DNA of 63,240 nucleotides, counting the filler, from Gemmatimonadota bacterium (GTDB lineage: Bacteria > 4572-55 > J002): assembly GCA_003697105.1 (NCBI GenBank). It is 3 parts of 3 records of this genome, joined end to end, with 100 filler letters (N's around TTAATTAATTAA, not from the genome) between each part and the next. Parts side by side here need not be neighbours in the genome. Positions count along the whole stretch, not along the records: positions 1 to 28,263 come from RFFQ01000178.1; 2 more parts are not named here. One strand, written 5' to 3'. This document shows positions 9,682-19,001 of this stretch, in pieces. The position numbers and the translations under genes were made by a program. The notes beneath the pieces are model-generated. The model did no database searches and was not told the origin of the DNA. It saw only the letters and a list, made by a program, of their open reading frames with translations. Numbering within the stretch: the first letter of the stretch is position 1; each line of letters starts with the position of its first letter.

Positions 9682-12600
9682 ATGAAACACCAGTTCATTA
9701 TCCTATTGATCCTTTGTTGCTTGCCGCTTTTTGCCATCGCTCAGGAGTGGGAAGCCCAAATCTCCGGCACAACCGAAACACTGTTAGGCGTGGATTTTAT
9801 CAATGATGAACGTGGCTGGGCTGTGGGCTTTAACGGCACGTTACTGCACACCAGCGATGGTGGTGAAACGTGGACTCCGCAAATCAGTAACACCCCCAAC
9901 AACCTCTACAGCATCAATTTTGTCAGCGAACAGCGCGGCTGGGCAACCGGCGCTTTTGGTAAGATCATCCATACTACTAATGGTGGGGAACAATGGTTAA
10001 ATCAGGTGAGCGGAACCACCAACGACCTAAACAGCGTCTATTTTGTGGATAATCAACGGGGTTGGGTGGTCGGTACCGGGGGAACAATCTTACACACGAC
10101 AAACGGCGGCACCACCTGGACGCCGCAATCCAGCGGGGTGAGCCAAACCTTGTGGGATGTAACCTTTATTGATAGCCAAACCGGTTGGATCAGCGGCGCG
10201 GGCGGACAGGTGCTCCATACCACCAACGGCGGCACCACCTGGATACCGCAAGCAAGCGGCGTAACCGTCACCCTGTACGGGATCGATTTTAATACGGCAG
10301 ATATTGGCTGGGCAGTTGGTTCCGCCGGAACGATCCTTTATACCAATGACGGTGGCACCACGTGGGAAGCCCAAGAAAGTGGTGTTCAGGTGATCTTATA
10401 CGATGTGAGTGGAGTCAGCCCCACAACCGCATGGGCATGTGGCTTTTTCGGTACGATTCTCTTCACCGACACCGCCGGATTGGAATGGACAACCCAACCC
10501 AGCAACACCACCAATGCCTTGTGGGGGCTTGATTTCATCAATATTGCTAATGGTTGGGCGGTCGGCGGCGCGGGAACCATCCTGCGATATACCAGTGATG
10601 TTCTACCCGACCCCAATATCTTTGTCCATCCTCTAGCAGTGAATTTTGACAGCGTGCGGGTGGAAACCGTCGCGGATACCCTTATCCGGATCGAAAATAC
10701 CGGTGGGTTGCCTCTGAATATCCATGAAATCCGAGTTGATACGGACGCATTCGACGTGGACACCACCCAATTGGTGATCGATGCCGGACGGCGCTATCAA
10801 CTCACCGTCAGTTTCCACCCACTGGAGGAGATCGATTATCACGATACGCTACACATTTTCAGCAATGACCCCGATCAGCCGGTGATCACCGTACCGCTTG
10901 CCGGACGGGGATTTATTCCCCCCTACTGGCGACCCCAAACCACCGATACGTTCTTTAACCTGAATGACATTCTCTTTTTAAATGAACGGCAAGGCTGGGC
11001 AGTCGGCGAGACGATCCTGCGCACCACCGATGGCGGGCAACATTGGGAAGGCGAAACCGGCGGACTTCCGGCAGATTGGCAAGGTATTGCCGCTCTGGAT
11101 TCCCTGCACCTCTGGGTAGTTGCCCGAAATGGCGAAATTCAGCGCAGTATCGATGGTGGCGAGAGCTGGTCTCCTCAAACCAGCGGAACAAACTTACCAC
11201 TGTGGGACATTGATTTTGTTGAAATCGGGCACGGCTGGATTGTTGGCGCAAACGGGCTGATTTTACATACCGAAGATGCCGGCCGCCAATGGCAGTTCCA
11301 AGCCTCCAACACCAATATGGATTTGTATGCCGTTGATTTTATTGATGACCAACACGGATGGATTTGCGGGGAAGCCGGATTGATCCTCTCCACCACAGAT
11401 GGCGGGAACACTTGGACGCCACAAAGCAGTTTCACCGACCGGCGGTTAAATGATATTCAATTTGCCAATTCCCAACATGGGTGGACGGTCGGACAAGATG
11501 GCGTGATCGTACATACCACCAACGGGGGCCAGTCGTGGATACCCCAAACCAGCGGCGTGAGCACCCATCTGAACGGAATTGCGGCAAAAACCGCGGAGTG
11601 GGCATGGGTAGTGGGGCAAAACGGTACAACGCTCCGCACGGAAGACAGCGGTTTTACATGGCTAATTGAGGATTCCGGGATTACCAGTACCCTGCGCGCG
11701 GTGAGCTTCCCCCACCCCAATCGCGGTTGGACTGCCGGTGATGGGGGCACCATTTTATATGCCGAAAACCTGTATGACATTTATACCGCCATTGAACCCA
11801 ATCCGGAGACCATCGATTTTGGTGACCGCTACCTCGGTGAGCTGGCGGAACAAACCTTCAGTGTCACCAACACGGGTAATCTACCCCTGCGGGTGGATTC
11901 CATCGAACTTGCCGGAGCAACAGAATTTAGTACGGAAAATCTCTCATTCACGCTGTTGCCAGAAGACTCACGCCAGATGACCATCCAATTTTACGCCACC
12001 GAAGAAGGTATCTACACCGGAACGATTCAGATTCACAGCAATGCCGAAAATGCCAACCCGTTGGAAATTGCGGTAACTGCCAACGCGGCATTTCCCCCGG
12101 ATTGGCAAGCACAGGAAAGCGGCGTCGGGGGCATCCTTTATGCCGTCGATTTTATCGATGATTACCACGGTTGGACGGTCGGACTAAACGGGACGGTTTT
12201 GCACACCACCAACGGCGGGACAATCTGGTCGGCACAAAATAGCGGCTCAAACCGTATTCTGCGGTCGGTCTTCTTTGAATCGGATCAAAATGGCTGGATT
12301 GCCGGTACCAGTGGCGAAATTTTGCGGACAACGGACGGCGGGCAAAACTGGATCGAGCAAAACAGCGGCATCAGTACGAATCTGTACGATCTGCACTTTG
12401 TCAATGCAACAGAAGGCTGGGCAGTGGGTGCGGAGGGCATTATTTTGCACACCAGCAACGGCGGCGAAACGTGGTCACCACAGAATAGCCCGGTTAATAG
12501 TACCCTTTGGGCAGTCGATTTTGTGGATGTCAACCGCGGTTGGGCCGTGGGAGACAACGGTATTGTGCTGAGTACCATCAATGCCGGTCAGGAATGGCTG

Positions 12601-13917
12601 CAACAGACGAGCACAACGATCCAGCGCTTACGAGACGTGGACTTTTTTGATGAAAATTTCGGCTGGATTGTGGGTGATCAAGGGGTGATTTTACACACCA
12701 TCAATGGCGGGGTGATTTGGCATCATCAGGACGGCGGTACCCAACGCCACCTGACCGGTATTTCCGTGGCAACACCGGTCAATTTGCGGGCGGTCGGTTT
12801 CGATGGCACCATTTTGCGCACCGATGACGGGGGGGAGGATTGGATACCGGAAGTCAGTGGCACCTTTCTTACCTTTTGGGACGTGGACTTCCCCTCGATC
12901 AGTGATGGTTGGGCGGTCGGGTTTGAGGGAATGATCCTCAATTATTCCGCACCGAATTACCCGCAAGCCCCGGTGATTCAATCCATTATGGACGTCGGGA
13001 ATGATCAAGGGCGACAAGTGCGCCTCACGTGGGAACGGAGCGTCTATGACGGCATTAACGATGGCTATACCATCACCAGTTACGATATTTGGCGGCGAGT
13101 GGATGCCTTCCGCACGGATTGGGACTTCATCAGCACCATTCCGGCAGTGCAATCACCCACGTACAGCGTTGTCGCGCCCACGTTGGCAGATTCCACCCGT
13201 GAGAATGGCATCTACTGGTCAATTTTCAAGGTCGTGGCGCATACGGCGAACCCGTACCTCTATTTCACGTCCGTGCCGGACAGCGGTTATTCCATAGATA
13301 ACCTTGCGCCGCACCCGCCGCAGGAGATTCAAGGTGGCTTTTTCAGCGAAAATCAGTCAATTGTACTCACGTGGCAACCCAGCCCGGATGCGGATTTTGA
13401 CTACTACACCATCTATCGCGGCTTGAGCCCCGACATCACGCCCCACCCGGCTTGGCTGTATGCCATCACCAGTGACTCCACCTTCATGGATAGCGAAATC
13501 ACCCTCGGTGAAACGTATTACTATCTTATCACCGCCTATGATTTTGCCGGTAATGAAAGTGATCCCACCCCGCCGGTGGAAGTCCGCGCCGACAATATTA
13601 TTTCTGTTGATGATCCGCTCGATCAAGTGACGGCACCCCAGCGGTTGATGTTGCACCAAAACTACCCCAACCCGTTTAACCCACAAACCACAATCCGGTT
13701 TGATGTGCCGCAAGCCACTCTGGTGAGCTTGGCAATTTATAATGTGCGGGGGGCATTAGTACGGACGCTGGTTGGTGGCAGGGTTGAAGCAGGTTATCAT
13801 CAAGCAATTTGGGATGGCACAAATGATAGCGGTCAAGCGATGAAGAGTGGGGTTTACTTCTATCGTCTGGACGCCGGCGTTTTCTCGCAAACCCATTCGA
13901 TGGTGCTCTTGCGATAA
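9682..13917 (+). CDS. Secreted multi-module protein: 3 YCF48/BNR-type propeller blocks, 2 ASH/Ig-like (choice-of-anchor D-like) domains, FN3-like region, C-terminal FlgD/T9SS-type domain
   Basis: Signal peptide, about 21 repeats of F-x-D-x-x-x-GW-x-VG-x-x-G-x-IL-x-T-x-[DN]GG-x-x-W, two NTGxxPL Ig-like spacers, QNYPNPFNP...SGVYFYRL C-terminus; SD AGGAGG. Confidence 0.88.
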   Translation: MKHQFIILLILCCLPLFAIAQEWEAQISGTTETLLGVDFINDERGWAVGFNGTLLHTSDGGETWTPQISNTPNNLYSINFVSEQRGWATGAFGKIIHTTNGGEQWLNQVSGTTNDLNSVYFVDNQRGWVVGTGGTILHTTNGGTTWTPQSSGVSQTLWDVTFIDSQTGWISGAGGQVLHTTNGGTTWIPQASGVTVTLYGIDFNTADIGWAVGSAGTILYTNDGGTTWEAQESGVQVILYDVSGVSPTTAWACGFFGTILFTDTAGLEWTTQPSNTTNALWGLDFINIANGWAVGGAGTILRYTSDVLPDPNIFVHPLAVNFDSVRVETVADTLIRIENTGGLPLNIHEIRVDTDAFDVDTTQLVIDAGRRYQLTVSFHPLEEIDYHDTLHIFSNDPDQPVITVPLAGRGFIPPYWRPQTTDTFFNLNDILFLNERQGWAVGETILRTTDGGQHWEGETGGLPADWQGIAALDSLHLWVVARNGEIQRSIDGGESWSPQTSGTNLPLWDIDFVEIGHGWIVGANGLILHTEDAGRQWQFQASNTNMDLYAVDFIDDQHGWICGEAGLILSTTDGGNTWTPQSSFTDRRLNDIQFANSQHGWTVGQDGVIVHTTNGGQSWIPQTSGVSTHLNGIAAKTAEWAWVVGQNGTTLRTEDSGFTWLIEDSGITSTLRAVSFPHPNRGWTAGDGGTILYAENLYDIYTAIEPNPETIDFGDRYLGELAEQTFSVTNTGNLPLRVDSIELAGATEFSTENLSFTLLPEDSRQMTIQFYATEEGIYTGTIQIHSNAENANPLEIAVTANAAFPPDWQAQESGVGGILYAVDFIDDYHGWTVGLNGTVLHTTNGGTIWSAQNSGSNRILRSVFFESDQNGWIAGTSGEILRTTDGGQNWIEQNSGISTNLYDLHFVNATEGWAVGAEGIILHTSNGGETWSPQNSPVNSTLWAVDFVDVNRGWAVGDNGIVLSTINAGQEWLQQTSTTIQRLRDVDFFDENFGWIVGDQGVILHTINGGVIWHHQDGGTQRHLTGISVATPVNLRAVGFDGTILRTDDGGEDWIPEVSGTFLTFWDVDFPSISDGWAVGFEGMILNYSAPNYPQAPVIQSIMDVGNDQGRQVRLTWERSVYDGINDGYTITSYDIWRRVDAFRTDWDFISTIPAVQSPTYSVVAPTLADSTRENGIYWSIFKVVAHTANPYLYFTSVPDSGYSIDNLAPHPPQEIQGGFFSENQSIVLTWQPSPDADFDYYTIYRGLSPDITPHPAWLYAITSDSTFMDSEITLGETYYYLITAYDFAGNESDPTPPVEVRADNIISVDDPLDQVTAPQRLMLHQNYPNPFNPQTTIRFDVPQATLVSLAIYNVRGALVRTLVGGRVEAGYHQAIWDGTNDSGQAMKSGVYFYRLDAGVFSQTHSMVLLR

Positions 13918-13943
13918 AATTTAGAGCGTCCCGGCGGGTGAAA

Positions 13944-13982
13944 AACAGACCTGAAAGGCTTAGAGAACCTTTCAGGTCTGTT
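13944..13982. terminator. 15-bp palindrome between convergent genes (bidirectional terminator or REP-like)
   Basis: AACAGACCTGAAAGG-N9-CCTTTCAGGTCTGTT. Confidence 0.7.
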
Positions 13983-13996
13983 GTGTGTGTGGGGGT

Positions 13997-15670
13997 CTAT
14001 TTTTCCCACATGGGGATGCGCACCCCGCGCTCTTTCGCAATGGATTTTGCTTTGTCGTAACCGGCATCCACATGGCGGATAATGCCCATACCGGGGTCAC
14101 TGGTAAGGACGCGCCGCAAACGATCTTCTGCCTCAGGAGTTCCATCGGCAACAATGACCATACCCGCATGGATGGAGTAGCCCATACCGACGCCACCGCC
14201 ATGATGGACACTGACCCATGTTGCGCCGTTGACGGCATTGATCAGGGCGTTCAGGATGGGCCAATCTGCGACGGCATCACTGCCATCAAGCATCGCTTCC
14301 GTTTCCCGATTGGGCGAGGCAACCGAGCCGCAATCCAAATGGTCGCGTCCAATCACAATCGGGGCGCTCACTTTACCGGATTTGACCAAATCGTTGAAGA
14401 GCACTCCCGCTTTTTCCCGTTCACCGTAACCCAACCAGCAAATTCGGGAAGGTAATCCCTGAAATTTGACCTGTTTTCCCGCTTTGATCAGCCAACGGTG
14501 CAAGGCTTTATCTTCAGGAAAAAGTTCAATCAAGGCATTGTCAGTGGTGTAAATATCCTGCGGATCGCCGGAGAGTGCCACCCAACGGAAGGGACCCTTG
14601 CCTTCGCAGAAAAGGGGGCGGATATATGCCGGAACAAACCCGGGATAGCGGAATTCCCCTGCGTCATTACGGACATTCAAACCACCGGTTTCCGCTTGTG
14701 CTCGCAGGTTGTTACCGTAATCAAAAGCAATTGCTCCCGCTTGTTGCATATCCAAAATGGCTTGGGTATGTGCTACCATCGATGCAAACGCCATTTGGAT
14801 ATACTTTTCCGGGTCGGTTTGTCGCAACGCCAACGCCTCTTCAAAAGGGATGCCGTGGGGTACATATCCGTTGAGTTCGTCATGGGCGGAGGTTTGGTCG
14901 GTGACCACATCGGGGATGATGCCCCGTTTGACAAATTCTGGGAAGACCTCTGCCGCATTCCCCAACAGCCCAATAGAAAGGGGTTCACCGGCATTTAGTG
15001 CTTTTTCAGCGTGCCGCATGGCATCATCAAATGTTTCGACGGCAACATCCAGATATTTGGTTTCCAGACGTCGCTGAATCCGGTGCGGATCAACTTCCAC
15101 GCAAATCCCGACGCCTTCTGCCATCGTAATCGCAAGGGGTTGGGCTCCGCCCATGCCCCCTAATCCGGCAGTGAGGGTCAATTTGCCTTTTAACGAGCCG
15201 CCAAAATGTTGCCGTGCTAATTCCGCCAACGTTTCATAGGTTCCTTGCAAGATGCCTTGTGTGCCAATGTAAATCCAGCTACCGGCGGTCATCTGCCCGT
15301 ACATCATCAAGCCTTTTTTATCCAGTTCGTAAAAATGCTCCCATGTAGCCCACTTGGGGACGAGCATACTGTTGGAGATCAGCACGCGGGGCGCGTCCAC
15401 ATGACTTTTAAATATACCAACCGGTTTACCGGATTGAACCAGCAGGGTTTCATCATTTTCCAGCGTTTTCAAGGCATTTACGATGGCATGGAAGCATTCC
15501 CAGTTGCGGGCGGCTTTGCCATAACCTCCATATACGATCAGTTCTTCAGGGACTTCGGCAACATCTGGGGAAACATTATGCTGAATCATCCGGAACGGGG
15601 CTTCGGTAAGCCAACTTTTACAATGAAGTTCCGTACCAGTAGGGGGGTAAATCGGTTTATAATCAGACAT
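13997..15670 (-). CDS. hutU: Urocanate hydratase
   Basis: [37 protein letters not shown] and SVHHGGGVG signatures. Confidence 0.97.
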   Translation of the reverse strand: MSDYKPIYPPTGTELHCKSWLTEAPFRMIQHNVSPDVAEVPEELIVYGGYGKAARNWECFHAIVNALKTLENDETLLVQSGKPVGIFKSHVDAPRVLISNSMLVPKWATWEHFYELDKKGLMMYGQMTAGSWIYIGTQGILQGTYETLAELARQHFGGSLKGKLTLTAGLGGMGGAQPLAITMAEGVGICVEVDPHRIQRRLETKYLDVAVETFDDAMRHAEKALNAGEPLSIGLLGNAAEVFPEFVKRGIIPDVVTDQTSAHDELNGYVPHGIPFEEALALRQTDPEKYIQMAFASMVAHTQAILDMQQAGAIAFDYGNNLRAQAETGGLNVRNDAGEFRYPGFVPAYIRPLFCEGKGPFRWVALSGDPQDIYTTDNALIELFPEDKALHRWLIKAGKQVKFQGLPSRICWLGYGEREKAGVLFNDLVKSGKVSAPIVIGRDHLDCGSVASPNRETEAMLDGSDAVADWPILNALINAVNGATWVSVHHGGGVGMGYSIHAGMVIVADGTPEAEDRLRRVLTSDPGMGIIRHVDAGYDKAKSIAKERGVRIPMWEK

Positions 15671-15791
15671 TTAAGACCTCCTCGGGAAAAAATGATTTGA
15701 GAGTAAAATCGTCTCTAAATTGGGGCATCTTTTTCAATTTAATTCACGCGGGGTAAAAGTCAATGCCCTCTTTCACGTTTCTAAAATTTTC

Positions 15792-15820
15792 TTGACATCC
15801 ATCACCGCTAAGGTTATACT
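15792..15820 (+). promoter_or_regulatory. sigma70-type promoter
   Basis: TTGACA-N17-TATACT upstream of the 15899/16165 gene pair. Confidence 0.7.
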
Positions 15821-15898
15821 CGTGGCAAGTTAGCCTTGTAATATTGCGTATTTACGTGATTTCGCCGGGGGTTGAACCTGAAGTTGTGAGGTGGATTT

Positions 15899-16153
15899 AT
15901 GTTTATTGAAGTGTCCGAAGCGCAAGTGATTAACAAGCGTGAAATTATCGGCAAAGGCAAAGCGATTTTGAGCCGTCTGGAAAACGAAATTAAAAATCAT
16001 GAGGGTGACTATATTGTGATCGATGTGGACAGCGGTGATTACGCGATTGAGAAAGATTCCGTGAAAGCTCGGGAAAAAATGCAACTCCGCCACCCCAACA
16101 AAATTTTTTATGCGGCGCGGCTCGGATTCCCCGCGATGTACAAATTTAATTAA
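15899..16153 (+). CDS. Small protein of the type found upstream of clan AA aspartic proteases (DUF5678-like)
   Basis: SD GAGGTG; G-x-Y-I-V-I-D-V-D-S-G-D-Y and RHP...R-L-G pattern; 11 nt from the protease gene. Confidence 0.65.
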   Translation: MFIEVSEAQVINKREIIGKGKAILSRLENEIKNHEGDYIVIDVDSGDYAIEKDSVKAREKMQLRHPNKIFYAARLGFPAMYKFN

Positions 16154-16164
16154 GGAGGCTGACC

Positions 16165-16533
16165 ATGATCGGATTTCTGGACGATGCGAAACGTCCGAAA
16201 ATTAAATTAAATGTGGATGGTCGCCGGACAAGCCTCTCGGTCGTAGCGCTCATCGATACGGAGTTCAACGGGGATTTGTGTTTGCCGGTCGAAGTCGCCG
16301 TCCAGTTAGGTTTAGAGCCGGTACAAGTGGTCGAAGTTGAAAAAGCAGATGGCTCGATTGAAAACACGCTTGTTTTTTCCGGATTTGTGGAATGGTTCGG
16401 AGAATCCCGCGAAGTGGATATTTTACTCACCGATGCCCCAGAATCACTCATCGGGACACGCCTATTGGAACAAACCCGGATGACAATCGATTTTGTGGAA
16501 AAGATGGTGATGATCGAAAATAAAGCGGCTTAA
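16165..16533 (+). CDS. Clan AA (retropepsin-like, AF_0612-type) aspartic protease homolog
   Basis: ALIDTEFNGDLCLP (DTG variant), ADG flap and LIGxxLL motifs; SD AAGGAGG. Confidence 0.8.
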   Translation: MIGFLDDAKRPKIKLNVDGRRTSLSVVALIDTEFNGDLCLPVEVAVQLGLEPVQVVEVEKADGSIENTLVFSGFVEWFGESREVDILLTDAPESLIGTRLLEQTRMTIDFVEKMVMIENKAA

Positions 16534-16547
16534 ACGTCTTGATAACT

Positions 16548-16588
16548 GCCCCTCACCAAATCTGATTTTGGGCGAGGGCTCTTTTTTT
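16548..16588 (+). terminator. Probable intrinsic terminator
   Basis: Imperfect GC-rich stem followed by a T7 run after the protease gene. Confidence 0.5.
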
Positions 16589-16600
16589 GGTCAATGAATC

Positions 16601-17029
16601 ATGCAAACTCACGAAGAAAAAGTTGATCTGAAACAATATTTATACGATCTGCTAGTGGTAGAGAAGCGGACATCTGCGCAACTAGAGCAAAAGCGCAAAG
16701 AGGCGCAAGAATGGCACGAAAAAGCCGCATACGCCTCCGGGAAGGGTCAAGTTGATTTAGCGGCGGAAGCGGCCCAATTTGCTATGAATTTGGAAGCTGA
16801 AATGCTGACGCTGGAAAAAGAACTCCAAGAGCTAGCCGTCAAAATACAGTATTGTAAGGATCAGGTTGCTAAACCGTCATTTACACCGCTGGTAGATATC
16901 AACCAATTGCAAGCCGAATTTGAGATGCTTCTGGGGGATGAGGGGAAAGCCCTGGTATTGGACAAAAAAATCAATGACCAAAAGGTAGATGATGACCTTG
17001 CAAAATTAAAACGCCAAATGGGTCTATAA
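16601..17029 (+). CDS. Short PspA/IM30-like coiled-coil protein
   Basis: W-x-x-K-A-x-x-A-x-x-x-G-x-x-D-L-A hairpin motif and C-terminal VDDDLAKLKRQMG, typical of PspA. Confidence 0.6.
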   Translation: MQTHEEKVDLKQYLYDLLVVEKRTSAQLEQKRKEAQEWHEKAAYASGKGQVDLAAEAAQFAMNLEAEMLTLEKELQELAVKIQYCKDQVAKPSFTPLVDINQLQAEFEMLLGDEGKALVLDKKINDQKVDDDLAKLKRQMGL

Positions 17030-17094
17030 AAATTATCGGTTGAAATTTATAATATTTTAGAAGTTAATATCTCAATATTTGTAAGGAGCGATTT

Positions 17095-17970
17095 ATGAGC
17101 ATTTTTGTGAATCAAGACACAAAATTGATCGTGCAAGGGATTACCGGACGGGACGGGTCCTTTCATACTAAGGGGATGCTGGAATACGGTACAACTATTG
17201 TTGCCGGTGTCACCCCCGGTAAAGCCGGACAAGAGGTGGAAGGCGTACCGGTTTATAATACGGTGGCAGATGCGGTTGCCGCCCATCCAGAAGCCAACGC
17301 CTCCATCATTTACGTACCGCCACCATTTGCCGCCGACGCCATTATGGAAGCAGCAGATGCCGGTTTAAAACTGATCGTCTGTATCACAGAAGGCGTACCC
17401 GCCGTGGATATGCTGAAAGTTGCGCCGTTCGTAAAAGAAAAAGGCGCCCGGTTGATTGGTCCCAACTGCCCCGGCGTGATTAGCCCCGGTAAGGCAAAAG
17501 TGGGAATCATGCCCGGTCAGATTCATGCAGAAGGCAATGTGGGGTTGGTTTCCCGTAGTGGGACGTTGACCTATCAAGTGGTGCATGAACTTACCGCCGC
17601 TGGTATGGGTCAGACCACCTGTGTCGGGATTGGCGGCGACCCGATTATCGGTACAAAGTTCATCGACTGTTTGGAAGGTTTCCAAAATGATCCGGAAACG
17701 GAAGCGATTGTGATGATCGGTGAAATTGGCGGCACGGATGAAGAAGATGCCGCAGAATACATCAAGGAACATGTAACCAAGCCGGTAGTCAGTTTTATTG
17801 CCGGTCAAACCGCGCCTCCGGGCAAGCGGATGGGTCATGCCGGGGCGATTATCTCCGGTGGTAAGGGCACCGCGGCAGACAAGATCAAAGCCTTGAATGC
17901 GGCAGGTGTTCCGGTGGCTAAAACCCCTTCGGAAATTCCGGACTTGCTGAAAAAAGCGATGAATAACTAA
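17095..17970 (+). CDS. sucD: Succinyl-CoA ligase alpha subunit
   Basis: [21 protein letters not shown] and MGHAGAI (phospho-His) motifs. Confidence 0.97.
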   Translation: MSIFVNQDTKLIVQGITGRDGSFHTKGMLEYGTTIVAGVTPGKAGQEVEGVPVYNTVADAVAAHPEANASIIYVPPPFAADAIMEAADAGLKLIVCITEGVPAVDMLKVAPFVKEKGARLIGPNCPGVISPGKAKVGIMPGQIHAEGNVGLVSRSGTLTYQVVHELTAAGMGQTTCVGIGGDPIIGTKFIDCLEGFQNDPETEAIVMIGEIGGTDEEDAAEYIKEHVTKPVVSFIAGQTAPPGKRMGHAGAIISGGKGTAADKIKALNAAGVPVAKTPSEIPDLLKKAMNN

Positions 17971-17995
17971 ATTTTTTATCGCTGCTGAAAAAAGC

Positions 17996-18030
17996 AAAAC
18001 GCTCCTGAATTTTCTCTCAGGAGCGTTTTT
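17996..18030. terminator. Bidirectional intrinsic terminator
   Basis: AAAACGCTCCTGA-N8-TCAGGAGCGTTTT between convergent genes. Confidence 0.8.
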
Positions 18031-18058
18031 AATTTGATGCCCATTTGATGAGGCTGAA

Positions 18059-18637
18059 TTATTGATTTTTCCACGTGTTGTACAACGGCAACAAACTATG
18101 AGCATCGCTCATATCTTCTTTTACCTGCGTTTTAAAGCTGAATTCTTTGGTGCCTGCCTTCCAGACAATCATCGGGAAATCCTGATTTTCGCCCAGATAC
18201 TTACCGTTGGTCTCCAACAGCGTTTCCGAAAGTGACCCCATGTAGTACATGATACCGGAACAGTTACACGAGCGATCAGTGTAAAATCCGATAGAGTCCA
18301 GCGAAGAGAACGTAAAATGAACTTCCCCCATCAGCATATCATCTTTTTCGTAAAGTTTCTTTTCGGTGACGGTGTAATTCGGATTTTCGTCTTCGAACGT
18401 AGTCCCCTCATAATAATCGGAAATTAGTTCGCCGAAATCTTTGAAGGAAACATTTTTCCCTTCATCTTCTTCCGAGACAAGGTTGATGTAGGTGATCACC
18501 CCTTCGCCGGAACCATCGCTATTGAGCGTGAACCGGTACTCTTTTTCTTGTACCGTTAAACAACCACTGAAAACAACCAGTGCCAATATAACCCCCATCA
18601 GACCCACCCCGCGATGTCCATTTATCGTAAATATCAT
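18059..18637 (-). CDS. Hypothetical lipoprotein
   Basis: Lipobox-like FSGC after a hydrophobic stretch; SD AGGAGG; 192-aa ORF. Confidence 0.7.
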   Translation of the reverse strand: MIFTINGHRGVGLMGVILALVVFSGCLTVQEKEYRFTLNSDGSGEGVITYINLVSEEDEGKNVSFKDFGELISDYYEGTTFEDENPNYTVTEKKLYEKDDMLMGEVHFTFSSLDSIGFYTDRSCNCSGIMYYMGSLSETLLETNGKYLGENQDFPMIVWKAGTKEFSFKTQVKEDMSDAHSLLPLYNTWKNQ

Positions 18638-18765
18638 ATAAGCCTCCTGTTAAGTAGATGTAAATCCCCAATCGGGACATAGTGTGACTGACAAAAATAC
18701 CCCCCTAAGATAATCCATCGTACCATAATAAATCGTAAGAGGCAAGCAAAATCAGCACAAAGCTA

Positions 18766-18794
18766 TTGACATTTTTTTTTATCGACTGTATTCT
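18766..18794 (+). promoter_or_regulatory. sigma70-type promoter for the riboswitch leader
   Basis: TTGACA-N17-TATTCT just upstream of the TPP aptamer. Confidence 0.65.
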
Positions 18795-18816
18795 TCCCTC
18801 AAGTAGCTATCGATCT

Positions 18817-18900
18817 TTACCAGTTGGGGTGCCACCTAGGTGGTGGCTGAGATTAGACCCATTGCACCTGATCTGGGTAATACCAGCGTAGGGAACGTAA
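18817..18900 (+). ncRNA. TPP (THI-box) riboswitch aptamer
   Basis: GGGGTGC...GCTGAGA...ACCC...ACCTGATCTGGGTAATACCAGCGTAGGGA matches the THI-box consensus; P1 formed by TTAC/GTAA. Confidence 0.95.
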
Positions 18901-18938
18901 TCATTTAACATGTAACCATTTTATAGGTTTATCAAGTT

Positions 18939-18972
18939 GCCGCTTCCTACGCGAGAGGAGGCGGCTTTTTTT
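18939..18972 (+). terminator. Riboswitch attenuator terminator
   Basis: GCCGCTTCCT/AGGAGGCGGC stem + T7. TTCCTACGC (18944-18952) can alternatively pair with aptamer GCGTAGGGA. Confidence 0.85.
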
Positions 18973-19001
18973 ATACCTTTTTCTGTTTAGGAGGTGTTCA
19001 G

